Below, piece by piece: positions 38,237 to 47,263 of a DNA stretch of 64,000 bases. The notes under the pieces are model-generated. The model ran no database searches and was not told the origin of the DNA. It saw only the letters and a program-made list of their open reading frames with translations. Position numbers and translations under genes: made by a program. Location of the stretch: NCBI GenBank assembly GCA_016777305.1, contig JADHRR010000003.1:856-64855 (forward strand). Direction: 5' to 3'. Numbering within the stretch: the first letter of the stretch is position 1; each line of letters begins with the position of its first letter. The stretch is from Flavobacteriaceae bacterium. Its GTDB lineage: Bacteria > Bacteroidota > Bacteroidia > Flavobacteriales > Flavobacteriaceae.

Positions 38237-40854
38237 TGATAGAGGAAGAAAATAACCATATCAATCAAATTGCTGACAATAGTGAATCTATCACTAGAGT
38301 AACTGGTATGTACAAAGATTGGTTTTTGGATTACGCATCTTATGTTATTTTAGAACGTGCTGTTCCTGCTATAGAAGATGGTTTTAAACCTGTTCAAAGG
38401 AGGATAATGCAATCAATGAAAGATTTAGATGATGGTAGATATAATAAAGTAGCAAATATTGTAGGTCATACAATGCAATATCACCCTCATGGAGATGCCA
38501 GTATAGCTGATGCAATGGTTCAAATTGGTCAAAAAGATTTGTTAATTGACACACAAGGAAACTGGGGTAATACTTTAACTGGTGATAGGGCTGCTGCTTC
38601 AAGATATATTGAAGCAAGAATATCAAAGTTTGGTTTAGATGTGATATTCAATCCTAAGATTACCAAGTGGCAAGCATCTTACGATGGAAGAAGGAAAGAA
38701 CCTGTTAATTTACCTGTTAAATTCCCTTTATTATTAGCTCAAGGTGCTGAAGGTATAGCTGTTGGACTTTCTACAAAAATTTTATCTCATAATTTTATTG
38801 AACTAATTGATTCGTCTATCAAACATTTACAAGGAAAAAAAATAAATATCTTCCCTGATTTCATTACAGGAGGTATTGCTGATTTTTCAAATTACAATGA
38901 TGGTAGAAGAGGAGGAAAGGTCAGACTTAGAGCTAAAATATCTACTATTGATAAATCTACATTATTGATTTCAGAAATTCCATACGGAACTACTACTACA
39001 TCTTTAATAGATTCTATCTTGAAAGCGAATGATAGAGGCAAGATTAGAATTAAAAAAATTGATGATAATACTGCGTCAAAGGTTGAAATTTTAATTTATT
39101 TACCAAATGGTATTTCTCCTGATAAAACAATTGATGCACTTTATGCATTTACCAATTGTGAAACATCAATATCCGCATTAGGTTGTGTTATTGAAAATAA
39201 TAAACCTCTTTTTATAGGAGTTTCTGAAATTTTAAAAATATCTACAGACAATACTGTAGACTTGTTGAAACAAGAGCTTCTAATTAAACTAGGTGAATTA
39301 GAAAACCAATGGCATTACTCTTCTTTGGAAAGAATTTTTATTGAAAATAAGATTTATCGTGACATAGAAAATCAAGATACATGGCAAGGAGTTTTAAAAG
39401 CTATTGATTTAGGTTTACGTCCTTACACTAATAATTTAAAAAGAGATGTAAATGAAGAAGATATTATAAGATTAACTGAGATTAAAATCAAAAGAATCTC
39501 AAAGTTTGATATTGATAAAGCAAGTGATAAAATTATCGATCTTGAAAATCAAATCAAGAATGTTAAATTTAACTTAGATGATATTGTTAACTTTTCTATC
39601 AATTATTTTAAAAGCTTAAAAAAAGATTATTCCGAAAATAGACAAAGAAAAACAGAAATAAAGTTATTTGATGATGTTGATGCTACAAAAGTAGTGATTA
39701 GAAATACTAAACTTTACGTTAACAGAGAAGAAGGATTTATTGGAACATCTCTAAGAAAAGACGAATATGTTTGTGACTGTAGTGACATTGATGATTTAAT
39801 AGTTTTTACAAAAGATTGTAAGGTAGTTATTACTAAAGTTGACTCTAAAACATTTATTGGCAAGAACATTATACATGCTGCCGTTTTTAAAAAGAAAGAC
39901 AAAAGGACCATATATAATATGATATATAAAGATGAAGACAAAAACTTTTATTATTTAAAAAGATTCGCTGTCTCTGGAGTAACAAGGGATAAGGTTTATG
40001 ATTTGTCTTCTGCAAAAAAAGAATCTGTTGTTTCTTATTTTTCTGCAAATCCCAATGGTGAAGCTGAAATTGTTTCACTAATTCTCAGACAGTCTGCTAA
40101 ATTAAAAAAGTTTAAATGGGATATTAATTTTTCTGATTATCTAATCAAAGGAAGATCTTCTAGAGGTAATATAGTTACAAAACATAATGTTAATAAAATT
40201 GAATTAAAAGAAAAAGGTGTATCAACTTTAAAACCAAGAAAAATTTGGTTTGACGATACTATTCAAAGACTAAATGTTGACGGTAGGGGAGAGTTGTTAG
40301 GCGAATTTAGAGGAGAAGACAAATTATTAATAATAAGGCAAAATGGTATACTTAAAACTATATCTCCAGAAATTACAACACGTTTTAATGAAGATATGAT
40401 TGTTTTAGAAAAGTGGTTACCAAAAAAACCTATTTCAGCAATTTACTTTGACGGAAAAAAAGAAAAATATTTTTTAAAGAGATTTTTAATTGAAAATGAA
40501 AACAAAGAAGAAACATTCATTTCTTTAAATAAAAATTCTTTTTTAGAAATTGTCTCTACTGATTGGAAACCAGTTGTTGAATTAGTTTTTAATAAAGAAC
40601 GTAACAAAGAACAAAGAGCTAACACTAGTATTGATGTTGAAGAATTTATTTCAATTAAAGGGATAAAAGCTCAAGGAAACCAGTTGACTGGATATAAGGT
40701 TAAACAAATTAATATTTTAGAATCTAAAGTTTATGAACCACCAATAGAAGTTTCTGCAAATGAAATTGAAGTTATTGATGAAAACGAAATAAAGATAGGG
40801 CTAAATGTTTCCGGAGAAAATGATACAGATAATGGTCAAACTACTTTATTTTAA
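38236..40854 (+). CDS. parC: type IIA topoisomerase subunit A (topoisomerase IV ParC-type)
   Basis: It has DGFKPVQRRI, the catalytic Tyr region AASRYIEARI and MQYHPHGD. The ATG overlaps the parE stop (TAATG). Confidence 0.85.
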   Translation: MIEEENNHINQIADNSESITRVTGMYKDWFLDYASYVILERAVPAIEDGFKPVQRRIMQSMKDLDDGRYNKVANIVGHTMQYHPHGDASIADAMVQIGQKDLLIDTQGNWGNTLTGDRAAASRYIEARISKFGLDVIFNPKITKWQASYDGRRKEPVNLPVKFPLLLAQGAEGIAVGLSTKILSHNFIELIDSSIKHLQGKKINIFPDFITGGIADFSNYNDGRRGGKVRLRAKISTIDKSTLLISEIPYGTTTTSLIDSILKANDRGKIRIKKIDDNTASKVEILIYLPNGISPDKTIDALYAFTNCETSISALGCVIENNKPLFIGVSEILKISTDNTVDLLKQELLIKLGELENQWHYSSLERIFIENKIYRDIENQDTWQGVLKAIDLGLRPYTNNLKRDVNEEDIIRLTEIKIKRISKFDIDKASDKIIDLENQIKNVKFNLDDIVNFSINYFKSLKKDYSENRQRKTEIKLFDDVDATKVVIRNTKLYVNREEGFIGTSLRKDEYVCDCSDIDDLIVFTKDCKVVITKVDSKTFIGKNIIHAAVFKKKDKRTIYNMIYKDEDKNFYYLKRFAVSGVTRDKVYDLSSAKKESVVSYFSANPNGEAEIVSLILRQSAKLKKFKWDINFSDYLIKGRSSRGNIVTKHNVNKIELKEKGVSTLKPRKIWFDDTIQRLNVDGRGELLGEFRGEDKLLIIRQNGILKTISPEITTRFNEDMIVLEKWLPKKPISAIYFDGKKEKYFLKRFLIENENKEETFISLNKNSFLEIVSTDWKPVVELVFNKERNKEQRANTSIDVEEFISIKGIKAQGNQLTGYKVKQINILESKVYEPPIEVSANEIEVIDENEIKIGLNVSGENDTDNGQTTLF

Positions 40855-41217
40855 AACTGTCGCAGTTCCTTTTTGTTTTGTTGTTTCTCCCACATAAGAA
40901 TATTCAAAATCATAAGAATCTTTAAATGTTCTTAATATCTTAACAAGTACTGGTTTTTTTTGAAGAATATTTTTAGGATTAATTGTAGTGAAAACCACTT
41001 CACAATCATTAATCCATCTTACGTAGCTTGAATCAATTACATTATTAAAAGTTTCAACTTGAATACTGTCATTTCTTTTAAAAATTGATGTATATTCCAC
41101 TCCTTCAATACTAATAACACTTTTAAAAGAACCTGTTTTGAAATCATTGCAAATTCTTTCTTGATTTATGTTACAACTACATAACGAAATTAAAATTGTG
41201 AGATATAAATATTTCAT
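40846..41217 (-). CDS. small lipoprotein (unknown function)
   Basis: Lipobox ILISLCSC. 123 aa with a beta-rich body. Confidence 0.5.
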   Translation of the reverse strand: MKYLYLTILISLCSCNINQERICNDFKTGSFKSVISIEGVEYTSIFKRNDSIQVETFNNVIDSSYVRWINDCEVVFTTINPKNILQKKPVLVKILRTFKDSYDFEYSYVGETTKQKGTATVLK

Positions 41218-41259
41218 ACTTAAAATAATTCATTTAAGCTGCAATTTAATTAAATATTA

Positions 41260-41267
41260 TAACTTTG
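41260..41267 (+). promoter_or_regulatory. candidate -7 box (TAACTTTG) for the M14 peptidase gene
   Basis: Matches TAnnTTTG. Its G is 70 nt upstream of the TTG start at 41338. Confidence 0.35.
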
Positions 41268-41268
41268 C

Positions 41269-41278
41269 TGTGATCACA
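41269..41278. promoter_or_regulatory. perfect 10-bp palindrome TGTGATCACA (candidate operator)
   Basis: Self-complementary sequence beginning 2 nt after the candidate -7 box, at the predicted transcription start region. It is GC-richer than its surroundings. Confidence 0.35.
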
Positions 41279-41337
41279 AAATAGAATAAATCATAAAACG
41301 TTTAACAAATATTTTTAACAAATCAAGAATAAGTCAC

Positions 41338-42408
41338 TTGTCCAGTAAATATTTGACAAATGATGATTTACATTTAAATCGGTTAAATTCTAAATTTAAA
41401 ATTAGTAAAATTGGTTGTAGTGTTAATAATGAAGATATAAATGTTGTTAAGGTTGGTAATGGAAATATTAAAGTTCTTGCTTGGTCACAAATGCATGGAA
41501 ATGAATCTACCTCAACAAAAAGTTTACTTGATTTTATTAATGCCTTAAACAACGATGAATTTATAAATATTTTAGATGCATGCACTCTCCATTTAATACC
41601 TATATTAAATCCTGATGGAGCTAGAGCTTATACAAGAGAAAATTATAATAAAGTAGATTTAAATAGAGATGCTAAAATCAACTCTCAACCTGAATCAAAA
41701 ATATTAAATAACTACTTTCTAAAAATCAAGCCTGATTATTGTTTTAATCTTCATGATCAAAGAACAATCTATGGTAGTGACAGTGATACTAACCCCTCTG
41801 GATTAAGCTTTCTTTCTCCATCTTATGATATTAATAATTCTATTAACGGTAGTAGAATTAAATCTATGTACATAATTCAGCATATTTACTCTAAATTGTC
41901 TAATATTATTAGAAACAGAATAAGGCTATATAGTGATGATTACAATGAAAATTGTTTCGGTGATCATTTTCAAAAAAAATGTTCTTCTACGATTTTATTT
42001 GAGTCAGGTTTTTTTGAAAACGATTACAAAAGAGAAGTAACAAGAAAGTATATGTTTCTTTCCATCGCTATTGCTTTAGAGTTAATTTCAAATAATACAA
42101 TTAATGACAATGTTAATGTTGATAAATATGAGCATATACCAAAAAATACAGTAAGGTTTTATGATATTATTTTAAAAAAAGTTCCAATTAATAATTCATC
42201 ACTTAATATAGGTATAAATTACAGGGAGATACTTAATGATAAAACTGTTTCATTTGTCCCTTATGTTGAATCTATAGGAGATTTAGACAATTTAAAAGGA
42301 CACAAAGAAGTTGTTTTTCCATCTCATTATTTTAAGGATTTAAAAACAAATACTTTTACGCTGGGATCTAAAATAAATGAATCATTAATTAAATTACTAA
42401 AATTATAG
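41338..42408 (+). CDS. M14-family zinc carboxypeptidase-like protein
   Basis: Zinc motif HGNEST (HxxE) in WSQMHGNESTSTK, then NPDGAR and VDLNRD. It needs a non-ATG (TTG) start, because the first in-frame ATG lies right at the zinc motif (SQMHGNE), so the conserved N-terminal region upstream of it could not be encoded. Confidence 0.7.
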   Translation: MSSKYLTNDDLHLNRLNSKFKISKIGCSVNNEDINVVKVGNGNIKVLAWSQMHGNESTSTKSLLDFINALNNDEFINILDACTLHLIPILNPDGARAYTRENYNKVDLNRDAKINSQPESKILNNYFLKIKPDYCFNLHDQRTIYGSDSDTNPSGLSFLSPSYDINNSINGSRIKSMYIIQHIYSKLSNIIRNRIRLYSDDYNENCFGDHFQKKCSSTILFESGFFENDYKREVTRKYMFLSIAIALELISNNTINDNVNVDKYEHIPKNTVRFYDIILKKVPINNSSLNIGINYREILNDKTVSFVPYVESIGDLDNLKGHKEVVFPSHYFKDLKTNTFTLGSKINESLIKLLKL

Positions 42409-42491
42409 TTAAAATTTACTTAAAATGATATTTTAATGAGAATAATTTAAAGATTTTCTATAAATTAGTATTTTATTTAAATATTTCTCAT

Positions 42492-42974
42492 ATGCAACAC
42501 AAATTTAAATTAGATGAAATAGATCATCAAATTCTTGACATGTTAATTGATAACACCAGAATACCTTTTACTGATATAGCAAAAAAATTATTAATATCTG
42601 CTGGTACAGTACATGTGAGAGTAAAAAAAATGGAAGATGCAGGTTTAATTAAAGGTTCTTCACTGATTCTTGATTATAATAAATTAGGCTATTCCTTTAT
42701 TGCTTATGTTGGAATTTACTTAGAAAAAACATCACAACTATCTTTTTTAATAGAGAGAATTAAAGAAATCCCAAATGTTACTGTTGCTCATATCACAACT
42801 GGTAAATTTAATATCTATTGCAAGATAAGAGCTAAAAGCACAAAAGATGCAAAGGAGATTATCTTTAAACTAGATGATATAGATGGTGTTTACAGAACTG
42901 AATCAATGATATCTCTTGAAGAGAGTATTAATGATAAGAAAAGACTAATGCATGCTATTTTTAATGATATTTAA
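42492..42974 (+). CDS. Lrp/AsnC-family transcriptional regulator
   Basis: N-terminal HTH (LDEIDHQILDMLIDNTRIPFTDIAKKLLISAGTVHVRVKKMEDAGLI) plus a RAM-type C-terminal domain. 160 aa. Confidence 0.85.
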   Translation: MQHKFKLDEIDHQILDMLIDNTRIPFTDIAKKLLISAGTVHVRVKKMEDAGLIKGSSLILDYNKLGYSFIAYVGIYLEKTSQLSFLIERIKEIPNVTVAHITTGKFNIYCKIRAKSTKDAKEIIFKLDDIDGVYRTESMISLEESINDKKRLMHAIFNDI

Positions 42975-44041
42975 GATAACTCATTTAAAAATTTAAAAGA
43001 ATCTTTTATAGTTTTCAAATCTATACTTTGATCATAAACGGGTTTTCCTATCTCTTTTAATAATACAAAGTTAATTTGTCCTTCTTTATTTTTTTTGTCA
43101 AACTTCATTAGTTTAATAATTTTTTCTATTTCTTCATCTGAGAATATTAACTTATCAAAGTTTCTTAATATGAAGTGATTTATTTCTTTGTTTAATTGTT
43201 TATCAAAATTTAGTATGATAGTGGACAAGTAACCTTCAATGATCATTCCTAATGCAATACTATGACCATGAGATAAATCTTTACGACTATTTGTGTTTAA
43301 ACAATAGGTCTCAATAGCATGACCTGCTGTATGCCCGTAGTTTAAAATTTTTCTTAATCCTTTCTCATATGGGTCTTTATCCACAATTTTACTTTTGATT
43401 AAAATCGAATTATAAAAACAATTACCTGGATAAAATGAATTGATATCAATTAGTTTTATGGATTCCCAATATTTTTTTCCTGTTATTAAGGAATGTTTGA
43501 TCATTTCACTAAAACCTGACTTTAATTCTGACAATGTAAGTGTATCTAAAAAGTCGGAATCTACAATAACCATAGATGGATTATTAATAACACCAATTTG
43601 ATTTTTTATATTATTCAAATCTATACCAGTTTTACCTCCGATTGACGCATCGACCATAGACAAAAGCGTAGTGGGAACATTAATAAACTTTATCCCTCTT
43701 ATAAATGTTGATGCAACAAAACCCCCAAGGTCAGTTACTACTCCGCCGCCTAAATTAATAATCAAAGAATTTCTATCTAAGCCAAATTCGGAGATATTGG
43801 TCCATAGGTCTTTGCAGGTTGATAGATTTTTATTTTTTTCACCAGGGCTGAAAGATAAATTATATGTTTCAGATGTTTTATCAAATTTTGAGTAGAACTT
43901 TTCAAGGCATAGCAGTGTTGTATTTGAATCTGTTATCACAATAATCTTTGAAAAATTATTTTCCTGTACAAAATTATTTAGTTTTTTATATGCAGTTTTG
44001 TTAAAATGTAAAGGGTAACTATTTGTAATTATTGAATCCAT
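42971..44041 (-). CDS. aroB: 3-dehydroquinate synthase
   Basis: GGGVVTDLGGFVAS glycine-rich NAD loop, the VPTTLLSMVDASIGGKTG segment and the metal histidines GHTAGHAIE. 356 aa. Confidence 0.88.
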   Translation of the reverse strand: MDSIITNSYPLHFNKTAYKKLNNFVQENNFSKIIVITDSNTTLLCLEKFYSKFDKTSETYNLSFSPGEKNKNLSTCKDLWTNISEFGLDRNSLIINLGGGVVTDLGGFVASTFIRGIKFINVPTTLLSMVDASIGGKTGIDLNNIKNQIGVINNPSMVIVDSDFLDTLTLSELKSGFSEMIKHSLITGKKYWESIKLIDINSFYPGNCFYNSILIKSKIVDKDPYEKGLRKILNYGHTAGHAIETYCLNTNSRKDLSHGHSIALGMIIEGYLSTIILNFDKQLNKEINHFILRNFDKLIFSDEEIEKIIKLMKFDKKNKEGQINFVLLKEIGKPVYDQSIDLKTIKDSFKFLNELS

Positions 44042-44045
44042 AAAT

Positions 44046-44053
44046 CAAAAATA
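44046..44053 (-). promoter_or_regulatory. candidate -7 box (TATTTTTG) for aroB
   Basis: The minus strand reads TATTTTTG. Only 4 nt separate its G from ATG 44041. Confidence 0.35.
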
Positions 44054-44105
44054 TATTATTAATAAAAATACTAGTTTAAAGTTTATAAATTAGAATGTAT
44101 ATGAA

Positions 44106-44113
44106 TATATTTG
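44106..44113 (+). promoter_or_regulatory. candidate -7 box (TATATTTG) for the proline dehydrogenase gene
   Basis: Matches TAnnTTTG. Its G is 19 nt upstream of ATG 44133. Confidence 0.4.
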
Positions 44114-44132
44114 TCTTGTATTTTTTTATTTT

Positions 44133-45299
44133 ATGCAAGATAATTTATTTGACAACACTGAAATAGCCTTTAAAGATAAATCTATATTTGACCTTTATCG
44201 TGGTTATATTATTTTTAAAATTATTTCTTTCCCACGTGTCGTGTCTATTTCCAAATTTATTTTAAGTTTTAAATTAATTTATCCTCTAACAAAATTAATT
44301 CTTAAAAGTACAATGCTTAAGCAGTTTTGTGGTGGTCAAAATGAGGATGATTGTAAGAAAATAATAAATGATTTAAACGCGAGAAATGTATATTCTATTT
44401 TAGATTATTCGGTTGAAGGACTTGAAAATGAAGTTAGCTTTGATGAAACTGTTTCACGTACAATTAATTTGATAAAGTTAAATACAAACAATAACTTTCC
44501 ATTTATTGTTTTTAAGCCTACTGGAATTGGTCGTTTTGATTTATATGAAAAAATTTCATCTAATACTAACTTGTCTGATAAAGAAAATATTGAATGGTCA
44601 AAAGTAAAAGCCAGATATGATGTAATTTGTAATGCTGCACTAGCCAATAATGTTTCTGTATTGATAGATGCTGAGGAAAGCTGGATTCAATCAAGTATTG
44701 ATGAAATATATGAGAATTTAATTTTAAAGTATAATTCAAAAAAAGCTATTGTATATAATACGGTTCAATCCTATAGAATTGATCGTTTAGAATATATTGA
44801 AAAACTTTATCATTCTTTCTCAACATTAGATGTACAAATAGGTATTAAATTAGTAAGAGGTGCTTACATGGATAAAGAAAGAGAAAGATCCAAAGCTTTC
44901 AATTATTTAGACCCTATTCATAAAACTAAAAAAGATACTGATAAAAGCTTTAATAGTTGTATGACATTTATGTTTAAAAATGTTCAATTATTTTCTGTTT
45001 TTATAGGCAGTCATAATGAGGAAAGTAATTATTTAGCTTTAGAGCTTATAAATAAATATAATATTATAAAGGATAAAGTTTGGTTTAGTCAATTATATGG
45101 CATGAGTGATCATATTACTTACAATCTTTCCAATCAAGGATTTAATGTGACAAAATATCTACCCTTTGGCCCTTTTAAAGGGGTTATACCTTACCTTTTT
45201 AGAAGAGCAGAGGAAAATACAGCTGTTGAGGGACAAACTTCAAGAGAGTTATTTCTTTATGCAAAAGAAATAAAAAGAAGGAATCATTCAAAGCTGTAA
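44133..45299 (+). CDS. proline dehydrogenase (stand-alone PRODH)
   Basis: PRODH barrel motifs (LDYSVEG, IDAEESW, KLVRGAYM, QLYGM, YLFRRAEENT). 388 aa with no fused P5C dehydrogenase. Confidence 0.8.
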   Translation: MQDNLFDNTEIAFKDKSIFDLYRGYIIFKIISFPRVVSISKFILSFKLIYPLTKLILKSTMLKQFCGGQNEDDCKKIINDLNARNVYSILDYSVEGLENEVSFDETVSRTINLIKLNTNNNFPFIVFKPTGIGRFDLYEKISSNTNLSDKENIEWSKVKARYDVICNAALANNVSVLIDAEESWIQSSIDEIYENLILKYNSKKAIVYNTVQSYRIDRLEYIEKLYHSFSTLDVQIGIKLVRGAYMDKERERSKAFNYLDPIHKTKKDTDKSFNSCMTFMFKNVQLFSVFIGSHNEESNYLALELINKYNIIKDKVWFSQLYGMSDHITYNLSNQGFNVTKYLPFGPFKGVIPYLFRRAEENTAVEGQTSRELFLYAKEIKRRNHSKL

Positions 45300-45655
45300 T
45301 CAAAAACTCTAACTTCATTTGTGCAATTCTCCAGACTGATTGAATAATTTTTTGTGCTTAAAATTTTTTCAATTACATATATCTTACAGCTGTCAAGTTT
45401 AGTATTACTTTTAGAAAAGTTTACATTGCCATTTTTTAATATATCTTGAACCTGACTTGCTGTAATAATATTTTTAGCAAATGCTGTATGAAGTTTATTT
45501 GAATAATGAACATTCTTACTATTTACATCATTTATAACTCTTGCATCAGGCATATAAGGAAATTTTGTGTTTTTTTTATCCCATATAAAAATCAAAATAC
45601 AAATACCAATCAAAAATCCACCCATAAAATAAATTAGTCTATTGCTTAATTTCAT
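45284..45655 (-). CDS. membrane-anchored hypothetical protein
   Basis: 123 aa with an N-terminal TM helix (LIYFMGGFLIGICILIFIW). It overlaps the upstream gene by 4 nt. Confidence 0.45.
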   Translation of the reverse strand: MKLSNRLIYFMGGFLIGICILIFIWDKKNTKFPYMPDARVINDVNSKNVHYSNKLHTAFAKNIITASQVQDILKNGNVNFSKSNTKLDSCKIYVIEKILSTKNYSISLENCTNEVRVFDYSFE

Positions 45656-46851
45656 AACATATTGTTTATCTCGTTATATTTTATATCAAGTATTTGACTT
45701 ATAATCAAGTTTGTACTCAATCCGTTATATAAGTAAACACCTTTTTTAAAAGAATTATTATTTCTTATAAAATTTTCAAAACTTCCAAATTTAACAGACT
45801 TAATTAAGTAGGGGGTTATAATATTACTCAAACATAATGATGAAGTTCTTGAATATCTTGAAGGTATGTTAGGAACACAATAATGTATTACATTATGTTT
45901 TTCAAATGTAGGTTTATCATGAGTTGTTAATTTACTTGTTTCAAAAGTTCCACCGGTATCAATACTTACATCAATAATAATTGCTCCTTTTTTCATTTTC
46001 ATTACCATATCTTCAGAAATTATAGATTCTGAACTAGTACTACTTATAATCGTCCCTATAGCAACATCACATCTCATTAATGCTTTTGAAAGTTGTTTTT
46101 TTTGTATTGTTGAACTGTAAATAGGATTGGTAATCAATTTTTGAATTTTATTTAATTTAAAAATTGAGTTACTAAAAACCTTTACTCTAGCACCTAATTT
46201 TGTAGCAGCTAATGCTGCTGACTCAGCTATCTTATCAGAACCAATAACAACAATTTCTGTAGGAGGAACTCCACTTATATTTCCTAAAAAAAGTCCCTTG
46301 CCGTTGGTATTTACATTTGACATTAGTTCAGAGGATATTAAGACTGCTGCTTGACCTGTAATAATACCTAATTGATCTGCAACAGGAAAATATCCATCAT
46401 CTTCTTCTATAAATTCAAAAGCAATGCAGGTTATCTTTTTTTTAATAAGTTTAGTAAGATATGAAGCGGATTGTTTTTTTAGTTCTAAGGCAGATATTAA
46501 AATTGAATTTGGTTTGATTAAATTAATTTCAATATCAGTTAAAGGGGCGATTTTTAAAATTAAAGGACATTTATATACTTTTTCTATAGAATCTACAATT
46601 TCGGCACCAGCTTCTGAGTAATCTAAATCTGAAAAGTTAGAGCCTATTCCTGCTCCTGATTCTATAATTATTTTATAGTCGTTAATCACAAGATAATTAA
46701 CAGAATCAGGTGTTAAACAAATTCTTTTTTCATTGATATCATCTTCCTTTGGAACTCCAATTATAAATTCTTTTTTTATTTGTTTAAGCTCTAACCTTTC
46801 CTCTTGCGGTAAAAGTTGTTCTTTACTAAATGGATAATCTATTTTATTCAT
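45652..46851 (-). CDS. alanine dehydrogenase / transhydrogenase-alpha (AlaDH/PNT) family protein
   Basis: It has an N-terminal AlaDH/PNT domain and an NAD loop region (VVIGSDKIAESAALAATKLGARV). 399 aa. Confidence 0.65.
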   Translation of the reverse strand: MNKIDYPFSKEQLLPQEERLELKQIKKEFIIGVPKEDDINEKRICLTPDSVNYLVINDYKIIIESGAGIGSNFSDLDYSEAGAEIVDSIEKVYKCPLILKIAPLTDIEINLIKPNSILISALELKKQSASYLTKLIKKKITCIAFEFIEEDDGYFPVADQLGIITGQAAVLISSELMSNVNTNGKGLFLGNISGVPPTEIVVIGSDKIAESAALAATKLGARVKVFSNSIFKLNKIQKLITNPIYSSTIQKKQLSKALMRCDVAIGTIISSTSSESIISEDMVMKMKKGAIIIDVSIDTGGTFETSKLTTHDKPTFEKHNVIHYCVPNIPSRYSRTSSLCLSNIITPYLIKSVKFGSFENFIRNNNSFKKGVYLYNGLSTNLIISQILDIKYNEINNML

Positions 46852-47263
46852 TTAAATCTATTTCTATTGTTCTATTATTTCCATCAGACAACTTAAAATT
46901 AATATAATTTATATTACTAGGTATTAAATTTGGAATTTTTTCTGCCCATTCTAAAAAGCACCAATTATTCTTAGACATATAATCCTCAACACCTAAATCA
47001 AGAGCTTCAAATTCATTTTCGATTCTGTAAAAATCAAAATGGAATATAGTTGATCTATTTAGTTTATATTCATTAACTATGGAAAATGTTGGACTAGATA
47101 CATTGTCAGTACTGCCTAATCTATTTACTAATGCTTTTATTAACGTTGTCTTACCTGAACCCATAACCCCATTAAAAAGTAAAGTTTTACTAGTTGTATT
47201 TTTAATTATAAAATCAACTGCTAGGCTTATATTTTTTAGATTATAGTTTAATGCTTTATTCAT
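46844..47263 (-). CDS. tsaE: tRNA threonylcarbamoyladenosine biosynthesis ATPase TsaE
   Basis: Walker A GVMGSGKTTLIKAL, SPTFSIVNEY and HFDFYR. 139 aa. Confidence 0.88.
   Translation of the reverse strand: MNKALNYNLKNISLAVDFIIKNTTSKTLLFNGVMGSGKTTLIKALVNRLGSTDNVSSPTFSIVNEYKLNRSTIFHFDFYRIENEFEALDLGVEDYMSKNNWCFLEWAEKIPNLIPSNINYINFKLSDGNNRTIEIDLNE

Noticed and set aside
42409-42491. AT-only hairpin (TTAAAAT-GAT-ATTTTAA) after the M14 gene, considered as a terminator
   Set aside because: It has only 7 A-T base pairs and a 3-nt loop. That is too weak to call, and it cannot be distinguished from background.
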